Notes: generated by a model from the sequence alone, not told the origin. Positions 50,975 to 63,977 are shown, numbered from the whole stretch's first letter. The stretch: 63,977 bases of DNA, filler included, from Hyphochytrium catenoides (GCA_900088475.1; 5 parts of 5 records of this genome joined end to end with filler, not necessarily neighbours in it); one strand, 5' to 3'. A program made the numbers and translations.

Positions 50975-53900
50975 ATGCGGGTCAATCGCTTCTGGATGGC
51001 TTGGGCCATCTTCTGCCTCTTGTCATGTGTGTCCGTACTCGGCCAAGCAGTTGGCAATGAAGGTTCCTATGCTGAACTTCAGGTTGGCTAATTCTCTGCT
51101 CATGGGTAATATACGGTTCTTTACCTGTAACCTCTCTTTTACTTCCGCCTAGCTGCCCAAGACAGCTCTTGCCTCTGTTCCCTTCAAAGCCACCGCGAAG
51201 GGATTTCCTCTCAAGGATGGTACGTGCCTATACCTTCACGGCAATGAGGTTTTACCTGCCATCTTTTCTCCAACTCATAGTGCCTGTCGCGATAGAACTC
51301 TCTCCAAGGCTCACTAAACTTACCGTTATCTAGGATTGCGATATCCAGCTTACATAACGGTCCGCGTTGAGCTTACCTCGCCCAAGTATGCTTTGCTGCA
51401 TGAGGCAGATATCTCAACACTGGATAGCAAGGGCTTGCACGTCGTGGAGTTTAGCTATGAGATCCCAAATCTGGTAAGTGTAAGATATCTGGAAAGCAAT
51501 TGACTTGGTCATTTAGCTTTTTAACTCGTTAAGGTCGGCCTACTGTCGCCGTTAGCCTTTATCCTTTTGTCAACTTCTTTAACCGCGTGCCTTGTCTGTT
51601 CTCTGTCGTCCGTCGCCACGTGTGTTGGTTAGTGGCCCATTTGATCAGCCTCTCTTGTCATCACCCGATTTTACTATGTTGCGACAAGAATTTGTCTGTT
51701 TCTGGGTCTGCGGCTGCTATCTGCCTCGGTTTCAGTTCGAGAATCTCCGAAGACTTGAACTATCCATCACTGACGTGATATACTCTAGATGCTGAACTCT
51801 ACAGGCACTTCCTCTCTCCGACTCAGCATTACAGGGGAAGATAGTGTGGTAAAGATTAGAGAGGCCGCTACCGGCACAATCTTCACGATTCCAGGGGTCC
51901 TCTCCATCTTGCCTCCAGTTGCCACGATGGTCATTGCCATCTTACTTGGCCAGGTAAATTAAGAGTCCTCTTTCCTTGACGTTTGTCCTGAGACAGCTCC
52001 TCTTCTTCCTCTTCTCTCTTCTACTAGATCTTTGATGACAACATTGTACCACTTCTTGGCACCCCCCTTAAAGTATCAGCCTTTGTCTTTGCCTGTAATG
52101 GGTTCCACGGATTCTGACTCAATTGTGTCGCCGTATTGTCTTACTATACGACTCTCCTTGCTTTATGTCAATTAGGTCATCGTGGCACTACTTGTCGGTG
52201 TCTTTATGGGATCCATGTTATCCCACAGTCTGAATCCTCTGACAGGACTTCTTCGTACCTTTGACTACTATCTTCTTGGCGCTATCAGAGATGGGGATCA
52301 CCCTGCAGTTATCCTCTTTACCTTTCTTTTAGGTGGACTTATTGCCCTAGTGCAGAAGAGTGGCGGAGCCCAAGGATTGGCTCAGCATGCCAAGGTAATG
52401 GACAAACCGTCCAACTACTACTTGGGTCCTGTTTGAGGCTTCTCTTTGCCGGGTACCCCTCGACTCTTTTTTACTCAATTTCTCAGCTTTCCAGTCATAC
52501 CACCATTCCTCTTTTCTATTGATCTCTCTGCATTTCAGAGGCAGCTTTATCATTGCGCTCACGCTCTTCACGCTTGCCTCTCTCCTAGAGCTTGATGACC
52601 TCTCCCATTCGCGGTCAGCTCTGTGTGTGGCTCCTGAGTCTTGTCATCTTCTTTGATGACTACTCGTGTATACTCATCGTTGGATCCTCATTAAGAAGCG
52701 TTGTTGAGAACTGTGGGGTTAGTAAGGAAAAGTTTGGCTTAATCATCCACACCTTGGGCGTCTCTCTGGCATCAACCGCTCCTGTGAGCTCTTGGGTTGG
52801 AGTTGAAATAGGTGGGAGCACCATTCAGAATGCGCCTGTCCTGCAGCTACATCCCGCCATGCCCTATTGTGCTTTCCTCTGTTCTTTATTGTAGCAGTGT
52901 CATAGGCGAGGCTTCTCCACCTGTAGTCTATTGGGTAGATTTGGCTTGCAAAGGTAGTGCCCTTGTCTGACTGTGTCTCTCGTTTTTCTATGGACTTGGT
53001 ATCTCTCCAGGTTATATTGGAGGACAACTGAAAGAGCTGGGTTTAGATTGGGATCCCTTCTTCACCCTGCTACGTTCCATGCAGTATCGCTTCTTTCCCG
53101 TTCTTATGGTACTTTTCATGCTCATGGTTATCCTCACGGGTAAGGACTATGCCGTTATGAGACCCTTTGAAGCGGTGGCTAGGCAGGACCTTCGGTGGAA
53201 GGAAGAGGAAGAAGAGCTTGAGAGGAGCGGAAGAAGTGAAGAGGGTGAGGTCTGTTCTCTTCACTATTTTTTCACGCGATGCCATACGTGCGTTCCTCAG
53301 CATTTGGCAGTTTGATTGCTGCGCATGTCCAGAAGATGGCCATTGCGTTCTTAGAGAAGCCAGAGTCTGTTGCCTATGCCAAAGTTCCTAATAGCTTAAT
53401 AACCCCTCACATACTGGCGTACTGGCGTCGGGTCTTCCTGCATTGTTTCCTTATTTCTTATTTTATTTCGACTACAGCTGCATTGGAGCGTCGGGACCAC
53501 CACCATGAGCCGGGTCGCCTGGATCCCGCACCCGGGACACCTTTACGATGGTACAATGCGGTTGTACCTTTTGCTTTTGTGGTCGTGGCCACATTCGTTG
53601 GAATGATCGTTGATGGGAGAGCGAAGGTACTTTTTGTGGTCTCTTCCACTGACTGCGCCCGACTCATAACGTCTTGGAGTCTTACCAATACGTCGCCCTT
53701 CGAATTGTCTATAGATCTCACAAATGCCTCCGGAAGATCGGCCCCCGATGACTATCGCCAGCGCGCTGAGCCACAGTGACTCTATCACGGCTTTAGTACG
53801 GGCCACGGCGGGAGGTTGGCTTCTTTCTTTCTGTATGATACTTCTCCAGGGCCTGCTGACCCTCAGAGAGGCTATGGAGGCCTGGATGGAAGGGATGAAG

Positions 53901-54691
53901 GAAGTCCTTGAGCCGCAGTTCATCCTTTTGATGGCTTGGGCCTTAGGCACGGTGAGTTAACGATAGCCTGCGATTAATAGTCACAGAAGGTTACGCGAGA
54001 GCAAGTCATTGAGAGGTTGTGATAAGTTCCCGACAGTATCATGACTTTTGTTGTGCAGGTTATTGGTGAGGTGGACACTGCTGGATATCTGGCATCGACC
54101 ATAAGCTCGAATGTGCCATCTGCTCTGTTGCCGGCCCTCACCATGATGGTCAGCAGCACCGTAGCCTTTGCCACAGGCTCTGGCTTTGGCACCATGGGCA
54201 TAGTCTTTCCACTTGTAAGTGTTTCTCTGCAAGTTGGACATTAAGGAGCACTTTCGCTGCCCACCTCGTCTTTGGCGCTGACCACGTGTCTCTTCCTGCC
54301 ACCAATGTAGATCTCACCCCTCGTTTGGACCATCAGCAAGGGAGATGGTACCATTCTTCTACATTCCTTCTCGGCGATCATAGCAGGCGCTGCATTTGGC
54401 AACAGTTGTTCTCCCATTGCCGACACTTCTATTCTAACCTCTTTAGCAGTTCACTGCTCCTTGCAGGACCATTTGAAAACCCTTATTCCCTATGTTTTGA
54501 CAGTGGCGGCTGTCGCACTTGTCTTCGGTGACCTGCTGGTGGGTCTAGGTTTATATCCTGCCTGGATAGCCTTTGTTGTTGGGGCTGCGGTACTATATGG
54601 ACTGTTATGGCTTTTTACCAAGCGGCTCGATCCCATTCTTTATAGCAGCGACCAAGATGAAGAGTATCCACTGCTTGCAAAAGAGTATTAG
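50975..54691 (+). CDS. NhaC-family (ion transporter superfamily) transporter with signal peptide and N-terminal soluble domain, multi-exon
   Basis: MRVNRFWMAWAIFCLLSCVSVLG signal peptide; LSILPPVATMVIAILLGQ|VIVALLVG; LGGLIALVQKSGG; IFFDDY; PVSSW; YRFFP; AFATGSGFGTMGI; GAAFGNSCSPIADTSIL; DHLKTLIPY. Confidence 0.88.
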
Positions 54692-55046
54692 GCGATACTG
54701 GCAAGACGACACGCCATCCTTCCAAGAGTGTACAATAAACTTCTTTGAAATAGTGACAGGCTCTTTCGTCAGTAATTCGTTATTCGTATAATATATAGCA
54801 GGAACCAAGGTCCTGCACTCTATTGAAGGCCACCGGGACATGCTCCTGGCTGTAGTGATCTCACTCAACTCCTTGACGTCAAGCGCCTACATTTAGCATT
54901 ACGACAAGGCATTCACTAGGAGCTTACCAATTATAAAGAAGAAAGGTTTGATTGCCTCGGTGTGCATTCGTCATACATTATCCTAGATAAATGGAAAGAC
55001 ATATCCGCCCCAGGGTCAGAGCTTTCCATTGCAAGGCCTCAGTGAG

Positions 55047-55384
55047 ACCCCGTTCCTTAGTTAAGTCGTCTACAAAGGATTTATCTTTCCCAATATTTGA
55101 AATTGTGTTTCAGCGTACACACACCCGTCGTTTGGTAACGAGCGTGGGCGCCGCAATTTTATGATGTTGGGCCCGAAGGCCTATCGCTACTCGCGTTACA
55201 TCAGGAAAGGTGAATATCGTCGCTTTCCAGCATGGATTCTGACTTAGAGGCGTTCAGTCATAATCCTACAGATGGTAGCTTCGCGGCACTGCCTTTTCAG
55301 GCAACCGCATTTACCAATTATCTGAACCAACGGTTCTTCTCGTACTAAGTTGGATTACTGTCGCGACAACGACCTCATCAGTAG
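55047..55384 (-). rRNA. 28S (LSU) rRNA 3'-region fragment, pseudogene
   Basis: Reverse strand reads CTACTGATG..AGTACGAGAAGAACC..GCGAAGCTACCATCTGTAGGATTATGACTGAACGCCTCTAAGTCAGAATCC..TTTGTAGACGACTTAA..AACGGGGT; truncated at both ends. Confidence 0.93.
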
Positions 55385-55618
55385 ACCACGGGGTAGAGCC
55401 CCAGGGGCAATGTATCTAAGCTTGACCTTCTCAGTTTTGAGTCTTCACATAGTTGTTCAAGGTAGCAGCACTCACACCACGGCCGGAAAGATTTAGCCTT
55501 GGCAGTAAGAATGCGTAGGTAGTCAGATTGCTAAACAAGAACTTGTGTTAAGTCAGCAGAAGCAGAGCTTTATTTCATTTCAATGCTTATTGCTAATTAC
55601 ATTCCGATGATGGATCGT

Positions 55619-55928
<310 letters not shown>

Positions 55929-56028
55929 NNNNNNNNNNNNNNNNNNNNNNNNNNNNNNNNNNNNNNNNNNNNTTAATTAATTAANNNNNNNNNNNNNNNN
56001 NNNNNNNNNNNNNNNNNNNNNNNNNNNN

Positions 56029-57191
56029 GTTCCAGACTGCAATGAGAGAGGGCACCAAATGTCTGGCAGGCGGAAAGGGCCGACCCTTTTCTTTTACCTT
56101 TTTCGACAGCTCCTTCCATAGACCCAGCGTCTGCTTGACTGTACAGGCGTCCACCGCATGACCGAGATCCGCATTCTCTCGCTGCAGGATCTCGGGCCAC
56201 TCAGCATCTGGTTGGTAGACCCAAGAGAGATAGGTTTGCCTCACGAAGGCGAGAGCGGCTAGATAATGGCCCACATCAGCCATTGATATGGTAACCTGAA
56301 CTACCCTGATGATGTTAGTTGATGAAGCCGCAACATAGAACCAGCTTCTTAGTCCAGAGCATGCCATGGAATGTAAGATCTGGGTCCTATAACGAAGATC
56401 TGGAAGCACCTTCTTGAGAAGATCAGGCTGCTGGGAGCAGCTCACCACTGTGAAAGCCCCATACTTGGCAGCAAGCTGTCGTTCTTCATCTTCGGTAGTG
56501 TATGCCCTCGTCTTCGTTTTGATCTCAATTCCAGTCAGAAAAGCCCTTTCACGACGAGTGCGCACCAAAGCAATGCCATCTGGAGAAAAGGCTGCCTCCG
56601 GTTGGCCTCGTCTGCAGAGCAATCCGTATTCCTTTATGACCTCTACTACTAGACCAGTAGCGTGGCCTCGCCCTTCAACGATATTCTCATGGTCCTCCTG
56701 ATCCACTTGCATAGCCTCTTCTTCCGGCTCCTCATAGTGGACAGCAAGAAAAGCAGGAAGATGCGCCAATACTCTGGATTCGTTCTTCGAGCCAAGCTTC
56801 AAATCAGATGACGACCTCTTTATCGGTTTCATAAACCAGGCATCAAGCAAGAGAGTGTTTATATCCTCGACCATTGATGTTCCTGGTCGGCCTGTCCCAG
56901 TAGCTTCTTGAGCCTGAAGTATGCGGGCGATAAGTAGAGGCTTGGTCCCTGACACTGCCAACAATCGCGTTCTGCAGATGTCCTTCAACTCTGGAATCCT
57001 CTTCTGATGAAGCATGTCCTCAGTATATACCGTCTCAGTTGGGTCAGTACTGGGAAGAGAAGACGTAGGGAGATAAGGAATGTGGAGCAACTCCAAAACT
57101 CGTCGTTGAGAAGCGTTTAGATGGTCCTCAGGGATCGACAGTACTTGCGGTAGCCTATCCTCTTCAACAGCTCTCTCTTGCTCTTCTTGAT
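56029..57191 (-). mobile_element. SAP domain + YqaJ/lambda-exonuclease-like ORF, open at both ends; probable DNA-transposon protein
   Basis: SAP: LHQKRIPELKDICRTRLLAVSGTKPLLIARIL; PD-(D/E)xK nuclease motifs GSKNE, EYGLL..AFSPDG, GIEIKT, YRTQILH. Whole contig is one intronless frame. Mobile-element status is inferred. Confidence 0.65.
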
Positions 57192-57702
57192 NNNNNNNNN
57201 NNNNNNNNNNNNNNNNNNNNNNNNNNNNNNNNNNNTTAATTAATTAANNNNNNNNNNNNNNNNNNNNNNNNNNNNNNNNNNNNNNNNNNNNACAGAGAGA
57301 GAGAGAGAGAGAGAGGGAGAGAAAGACATTGTGGATGAAGAAGGACAAGAAAAGAGATAGTGAAAGAGAAATCGGGAAGAAGGGAGAGCTCGAAGGATAG
57401 CAAGGAGTGAAAGCGGTAAGAGCGAAGGAGAGAAAATTGGGATAAGAGGGAGAGAGAGGGAGTGTAAGAGAGAGAGAGAGAAAGAGAAAGGAAAAGAGGG
57501 AGAGGGGAGAGAGAGAGAGGCATAGAAAAACAGAGAGAGAGAGAGGCACAGAAAAACAGAGAGAGAGAGAGAGAGAATAAAACACCAAGACTGCCGCCTT
57601 CTAACTTTTCCTTTTCCTCTCTCTCTCTCTCGCCCTCTGCTTTTCAATCTCTCTCTCTCCTCCTCTCTTTCCATTGCGTTTTCTCTCATCATTGTCCTGC
57701 AG

Positions 57703-57900
57703 AAGCGTCAGGACGTAGGGAAGCTGGTCTATCGCCTATTATGTCGAAAGCGAAAAAGAGAACTTCTTTCTTGTCTCTCTTCCTGGAAAGAGAGACTCTA
57801 CGAAGGACAGTGCCAGCAGCTGGGCGGCCAGGGAACTGTCATGGAGTCCAAGCTCAGGAAGAAAAACATAGAGGCCAGCATAGAGGTAAAGAAGAAAGCA

Positions 57901-57932
<32 letters not shown>

Positions 57933-58312
57933 CTCTTTCCGTCTCTCAATCTTCGTTCTCGCTCATCAGCCGATCGCGTTCTATGTATCTCCGCTTGCCG
58001 ACACCTTTTTCACTTTCCTTCTCTCTCTTGAATATTGAGTATAACTTCCTATCTCTTCTTTCTGTCTCTCTCTGCCCCTCTCTCTACATTCCTTGCTTGG
58101 TGCTCCTCGCTCTCCCCTCTTCTCTCTCTCACACCCGATACGTCTTCTTGGTACATTCTCTTTCTCTACCTTTCCTTGTTCTTTCTCCCTCGCTGTCTCC
58201 CTTTTTCTCTCTTCTCTTCCTCTCTCTCCCCTCTCTCTCTCTCTCTCTGGGTGTATGTGTGTGTCTCTCTCTCTCTCTTTCTCTCTCTCTCTTCCCGCTC
58301 TCTCTCTCTCCT

Positions 58313-58388
<76 letters not shown>

Positions 58389-60608
58389 CCCCTGGAGATT
58401 CGGCATCTGAAGCGGAAGCTGGCGGTGCTGCAGCTCGGTGATGAAAGGTAATGAGTTTGATGACGTTTTATGAAGCTTTTAATGCAGTTTAATCGCACTT
58501 TTTGAACGTTTTTTTCTCTCGCTTAGAGATTTTAATCATTTTCTTTTCACTTTGTCAATCTTCCCGTCTTGAATCCCTTAAGGCATATCTCTCCTGCTTT
58601 ATCGCGTCTCTAATCTACATAACTTTTATTTAGAATTTACTTGTAAATTGTAGAGGAAAATTATATGTTCTTATTTCCCGCTTTTATATTCTATGCAGAG
58701 CTCATCGTCTTGTGCAACTGGAGAAGCAGCTTGTCTCTTTGAGAGAGACACTGAGAGAGAGAGATCGCCAGATAAAGCGACAGGAGAGAGACATCCGAGC
58801 GTGGGTCAGACGAAGAGCAGAGGGAGAAGAACAAGGAGAACAGAGACAAGAGAGAGTCTCTCCTTCGAGAAGGAAGACAAAGGTTGATCCAGTGCTGGAC
58901 GACGAGGAAGAGGAAAGAGGAGAGAGAGAAGGAAAGAGTGGAAGAGAGGAGTCCTATGACTCCTCTAGCGAAGAGGAGGAAGAGGAGGATGAGCTGTATT
59001 TATTTATGGAAGAGAGGAAGCAAGTGATGGAGACCACGGAGAGGAAAGTGAAAGAGCTAGAAGAGAGACTATGCCTTACACAGCAAAAGTGCTCTCAGTT
59101 CAAAGAGGTAGGGCTTTCTCTTTCTCTCTTTTTTCTTTTTGCTTGTGCATCTTAGCCCTCTATCAACTTTCTTGGTTCTGTACATCCTTCCCTTTTTGTC
59201 ACATCGCTTTCTTCCTCTCCTTCTTTCTCCCTCTCTCTCTGTGGCCACTCTACTCATGCTCTCCTGTCTCTTCGCTTGTGTTTCTCCCGCCTAAAACGCT
59301 TACCTCATTGTTCATCTCTTCCTTCAAAATGCTGAGCTCACGCTTGTCCCTTTCTTTCTCTCTCTTTTCCCCTCGGTTTCATATCGGCGTCAGCTCCCTT
59401 TCTTCTCTCTGTCAGATTGGTTCTTCTCCCCTTCTCCTCGTTGTCTTTCTATCACTCAGTTCCTGCGCCTTCTCTCTCCCTCCGCCATCGATTACTTAAT
59501 CTCTGCCGTTTGCTGCTTCCTCTTTGCTTGACTGTCATTGCGTTTCTCACACTTTATATTTCTCTCTCTCTCTCCCTGTCGCGGTTCCCTCTCTCTGTCT
59601 CTGTTCTTCCCCTTGATTCTCCCTCTCTCCTTCGCTTAGGAACAAGAGCTGCTGCTGACACTCATGGAGGAACAAAAGAGGGAATGGAAGGAGAGAGAGG
59701 AGGAAATGCTAAAAAGTCTGCAACAGGTCAGAAGGAGGTTTCTCTTCATTGAATATTGTCTTTCTCTAATCACCCCTTAGCTTCCCTCTCTGTCTTTCTT
59801 TTCCTCTCTCTCTTTATGCCTGTCTCTCTCCTTCTCTTTATCCTCTAAGGCCGCTCTTGATCCAAAATGTCTCTCGCCCCCTGAAATCGCTCTCTCTCTC
59901 TCTCTCTCTGCCTCTCTTCCTTTCTCTGTCTTACCTTTTTCTCTCTCACTAATTTTGTCATCTTCCTGTCCCGCTCTCTGTGTGCCGGTCCCTGGATCCA
60001 TGCACCTGTAACATATGCCACCCTCTCAATCCCACTCTCTCTCTCTCTCTCTCTTCCCCTCCCCAATTCCCTCTCTCTTATTCTCCCCCTTCCCTCCCTC
60101 TCTCTCTTCCCTTCTTTCTTTCTTTCTCCAGAAGGACCAGCAGGTAGAAGTTCTAGGCTCACAGTTAGGGCAGCTCGCTTCCTCGGTGAAGAGGAGAAAC
60201 ATAAAGCAAGATCCTACGAGGGCGAAAGCAGCAGAGGTGAACCTTGGGGACGCTTTTACCTCACTCTTTCCTTTTTCTCTCTCTCTCTCTCCCTCTCCTT
60301 GTATCTCCCTCACCGTTTCTCTCTGTCTCTTTCACCCTCTTTCCCTTTCGCTTCTCTCCTCTGTCTGTGGCTCTTGCTCGTTCTTTCTTCTGATACGATG
60401 TGTTCCCTTATTCTCTAATTCTCTCTCTCTCTGCTTGCTGTCTTCTTTCGTCTCTACCTCTCGTACCCGTCCCACAACCTTGCTGTCTCTCTGATCACTG
60501 TTCAGTCTCCTTTATACAAAACGCTTTCTGGTGCTCTCTGTCTGTCTCTCTCCGCCTTCTCTTCCTGCTATCGCTCTCTCACACGCTTGGCTTCTCTCTC
60601 TACTCTCC

Positions 60609-60661
<53 letters not shown>

Positions 60662-62080
60662 AGTTGTTGATCTCGGCCTTGAGGTCCTCAGAGGCGCACT
60701 ACAGAGAGCGCCTCATCTCTCTCCAGCGGCTCCTGGGGGATGCCAGACAACAGCTCGCACTCACTGCGCAGAGACTGAAAGAGAGAGAAAGTGAAGAAGA
60801 GAGAGAGAGAAAGAGAGATGTCCCAGGAGAAGAAAACCTCCCAGAGTTTAAGGAGGAAGCAGAGAGATTAGATAATAGAAATGCCTTAGAAGAGAGAGAA
60901 AACGGAAGACTTTCTTCAGGGGAGGAAGGGAAGAGAGAGAAGGAAAAGAGAGACAAGTCTCGGGACAATAGATCTTTTCCGGAAATAGCGAGATTGAGGC
61001 AAAGAGTGAAGGAGCTAGAGGAGGACGGAAGGTGGATGGCTCTCTCTCTCTCTCTTTCTCTCTCTCCTCCCCTTATCTGTTCATCGTTTTTCTCTGTGGT
61101 CGTCTCTACTCATTTCTATTTCTGGGTCCTGCGTTCCTTCGCTCTTGCTCTCGCCTTATAGTATTAGCGTAGTCGTCTTCTCCTCTTCTCCCAGTCTTCC
61201 TCTCACTCTCTCTCTCTACTTAGTTCTCTCTCTCCCTCTCGCTCTTGTTCACGTCTCATTTCTCTCTCTCTCCTCATCTCTTTTTTCCTGTTTCTGACTC
61301 TTCTTCTCGTCCTATTCCCTTCTCTCTCTTTCTTCCCTTGACATTTGTCGGCAGTGTGGTCAAAGTTATCGAACTCAAGAGTATGATCTCCCAACTTCAG
61401 GTGGCAACCTTCTCTCTCTCTCTCTCTCTCTTCCTCTTCTCTCTCCTTCTCTCTCGTCTGTAAGTGTCTTTTTGTGTCGCTATGTCTCTCTATAATGTGT
61501 TTCCTCCCTCTCTACATGGGTCTTTTTCTCCTCTTCTTTCTTTCATGCCTTCTTCTTCATTTTCCCTCTCTCTCTCTTCTTCCTCCTCTCGTCTCTCTTG
61601 CTCTCTTTGTGAGAATTGGCCTCTCACTGTCTTGAGAGAAATTGCCTGTGTTTTCCTTGGGAATCTTCGGGACTTTTACCGAGAGAGAGGTCGTTCTGGT
61701 CACACTCTCTCTCTCCTTTCTATATTCCTTCGCCCTTTTAAGCTGTTCTCTTTTTTTCAGATGGCTGTCCTTTCTCTTCCTCTCTCTCTTTCTCTTTTCT
61801 CTCTCTGTCTAAGAATCCCTTACAACCTATGCTCAAGTATGTTTTCTCCCTCCCACTCTCTCTCTCTCTCGCCTTTACCCCTTTCTCTGTCTGTCTCTCT
61901 CTCCCTTCTCAGTCTGAAGCTGCAGAAAGAGAAGGAGAGATGAAAGAACTCCTCTCTCTCCTTCGAAAGGAAACGTTGCACAGCAAGGCACTGAGGAACA
62001 AACTCTTTTCAGGAGAGAAAGAGAGACAGAATAAGGGCGAAGAGTCTTTCAAAGATTCACCACCAGCTGAAGTGTCCTAG
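57703..62080 (+). CDS. Coiled-coil protein, multi-exon, 5'-truncated, unknown function
   Basis: Purine-rich exons bounded by AG/GT between (CT)n introns: LEKQLVSLRETLRERDRQIKRQE, EQELLLTLMEEQKREW, LRSSEAHYRERLISLQ, ending KDSPPAEVS*. Confidence 0.6.
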
Positions 62081-63170
62081 TCCAAGAAACAGAGAGAAAG
62101 ACAGAAAGAGAGAGACAAAGAAGGAAATAGATAATATGACAACAGGGAAACAAAAGGAAAACAAAAGGAAAGGAAGAGAGGCAAACGAGAGAGAGAAATG
62201 ACCAGAGACAACGGAAAGATGTTCTTTATTTTAGAAAAGGGTTCCAATGGCTTGACCTAATTGACTCTCTCTCTTCCTCTTTTCCTACTCTTTTCCGTAC
62301 TTTTTTTGTTCCCTCGTCTCTCTTCGAAAGAGAAAGAGTTTTACTGCCGTAGAGAGATTGGTTTAGAGGAGAGAGAGAGAGAGAGAGAGGAGACACAGTC
62401 GTTTTGCCCAAAGCCGCGTGTCTGGTTGACCTCATATTGTTTTTCTCTCTCTCTTCCTCTCCCCGCGTGTGTGTCTCTCTCTCTCCTTAGTCTTTCTCCT
62501 TTTGTATCTACTTTTTCACAAGATTGTGTAGGAGAGAAAGAGACAGAGAGAGGACTTCTTCCTCTCACTAGCTTCAAACGATACAGCGATTAAGTTCCTC
62601 TCCGCAGTCATACTGGGTACCTTTTTCTCTCTCTCTTTCTCTCTTTGTTCTCTCTCTTTTTGTTCTCTCCCTCTGTCTTTTCCCCTTAGACTTTGTTGTC
62701 TGTCTGTTTCCTGAGAAGCTGTTGCTGCTGCCGCACATCCTCTGCTCTTTCTTCAGACGAAGAGAGAGAACGCTTGGAAGGAAAGAAATTCCATGTTCTT
62801 TTCTCTTTCTCTCTCTCCGTCCCTGCTCTCTTGTGGCTGAGAGAGAGAGGAACAGGGAGAGGAAGGGGTATGTTTCCTCTCTTCTCTCTCTCTCTCAACA
62901 CTCGTCTAAGTCTTTGTGTTACTCTGACTCGATTGGCGAGGATAAGAAGATTGAGAGAGAGAGGAAGCTGCAGAAGAACTGTCACGAAGGTGAACCAGTA
63001 GAATCCTGAAACAGAGAGAGAGAGAGAGAAATGAAGCGAGAGAGTGAGAGGCAAGATGAAGCGAGAGGAGGAGAAGAGAGTTAGAGAAGAGAACGAGATT
63101 CACAAAGAGGGGAAGAGGTCATGAGGAGAGAGAGACAGAGAGTGACACAAACAGAGGGAGAGAAAGAGGG

Positions 63171-63214
<44 letters not shown>

Positions 63215-63738
63215 ATGGAAAGAAGGAGATCAAACAACTACCTGACGCTACGGAACAGAGTGGTAGAAAGGGCAAAGACAGCCAGGGAAAAAGAACATGA
63301 GACTTTATCAAGCAACCGAAGCAGAGAGAAGGAAGAGAGAAACAACAGAGAGAGAAGAGAGAGAGAGACTGACCTTCCAGTCTCTCACAAGGCACTTGGG
63401 CGAGGTTCTTTTCTAGTTCTCTCTCTCTGCAAAGCGTCTCAAATCCTCCCAGTCCCCGAGCGGTGAGGCGAAGAAGAAGCCGGTAGAGAAAGAAAGACGA
63501 AGAGAGAAAGACTCCTCCACCTTCCAGAAGAAGAAGGAGAAAAAAATAGGAAGAGAAAAGGGAAGAGAGACATCTTCTCTTCACCTTCTCTCTCTCTTCT
63601 GCCTCGGCTAAACAACGCCAACAGAAGCAGTCCTTGCAAGCCATCCCAAGACTTTGGAGAAAGAGAGATTCAGACATAGAGAGACGAAGGAAGACCAGAA
63701 GAGAGGTAAGAAGTAGAGGGACAGGAAGAGGGAGAGAG

Positions 63739-63774
<36 letters not shown>

Positions 63775-63977
63775 GAAACGATGAGTGCCTGCAACCAAGA
63801 GCAAATTATACCCTAAAAGTGCTTTCCTTTCGAGTCCGTAGACTGCATTTTCTCTCTTCGCCTGCCAATCTCTCTGCTCTGCCTCTCTTTCTCTCTCTCT
63901 CTCTTGCTTTCTGTGTTTCTCTCTCTCTTTTTCGTATCTCTCTCTCTGTTCCGTAGCCTCTCTCCCTCTCTCTTTCT

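Noticed and set aside
62686-63850. Possible 3' exons of a minus-strand membrane-protein gene
   Set aside because: Frames ambiguous and the gene runs off the window.

Overview
Eukaryotic (protist-like; ubiquitin and 28S sequence suggest a stramenopile, low certainty) nuclear DNA with GT-AG introns and very abundant (CT)n/(GA)n microsatellites. The window is at least five pieces joined by artificial N-TTAATTAATTAA-N linkers (9816, 30747, 55973, 57236), so adjacency across those points is not biological. Recognisable genes: an intronless protoglobin-RGS fusion, an RRM-CCCH protein (partial), tuberin/TSC2, a multidomain SAM methyltransferase, a CCD7-like carotenoid cleavage dioxygenase, two coiled-coil proteins (partial), an intronless cNMP-domain/NAD-dependent D-lactate dehydrogenase fusion, SUMO, a CFAP97-domain gene, TAF13, a mitochondrial FAD D-lactate dehydrogenase head-to-head with an NhaC-family transporter, a 28S rRNA fragment, polyubiquitin (partial) and a SAP-YqaJ exonuclease ORF. 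Best candidates for new biology: (1) the globin-coupled RGS protein, a possible haem/O2 sensor wired directly to heterotrimeric G-protein signalling; (2) a possible D-lactate shuttle neighbourhood (sensor-fused D-lactate producer, mitochondrial D-lactate oxidiser, NhaC transporter); (3) non-coding hairpin loci at 1.9-3.0 kb. All family calls come from motif recognition by eye; no searches were run.
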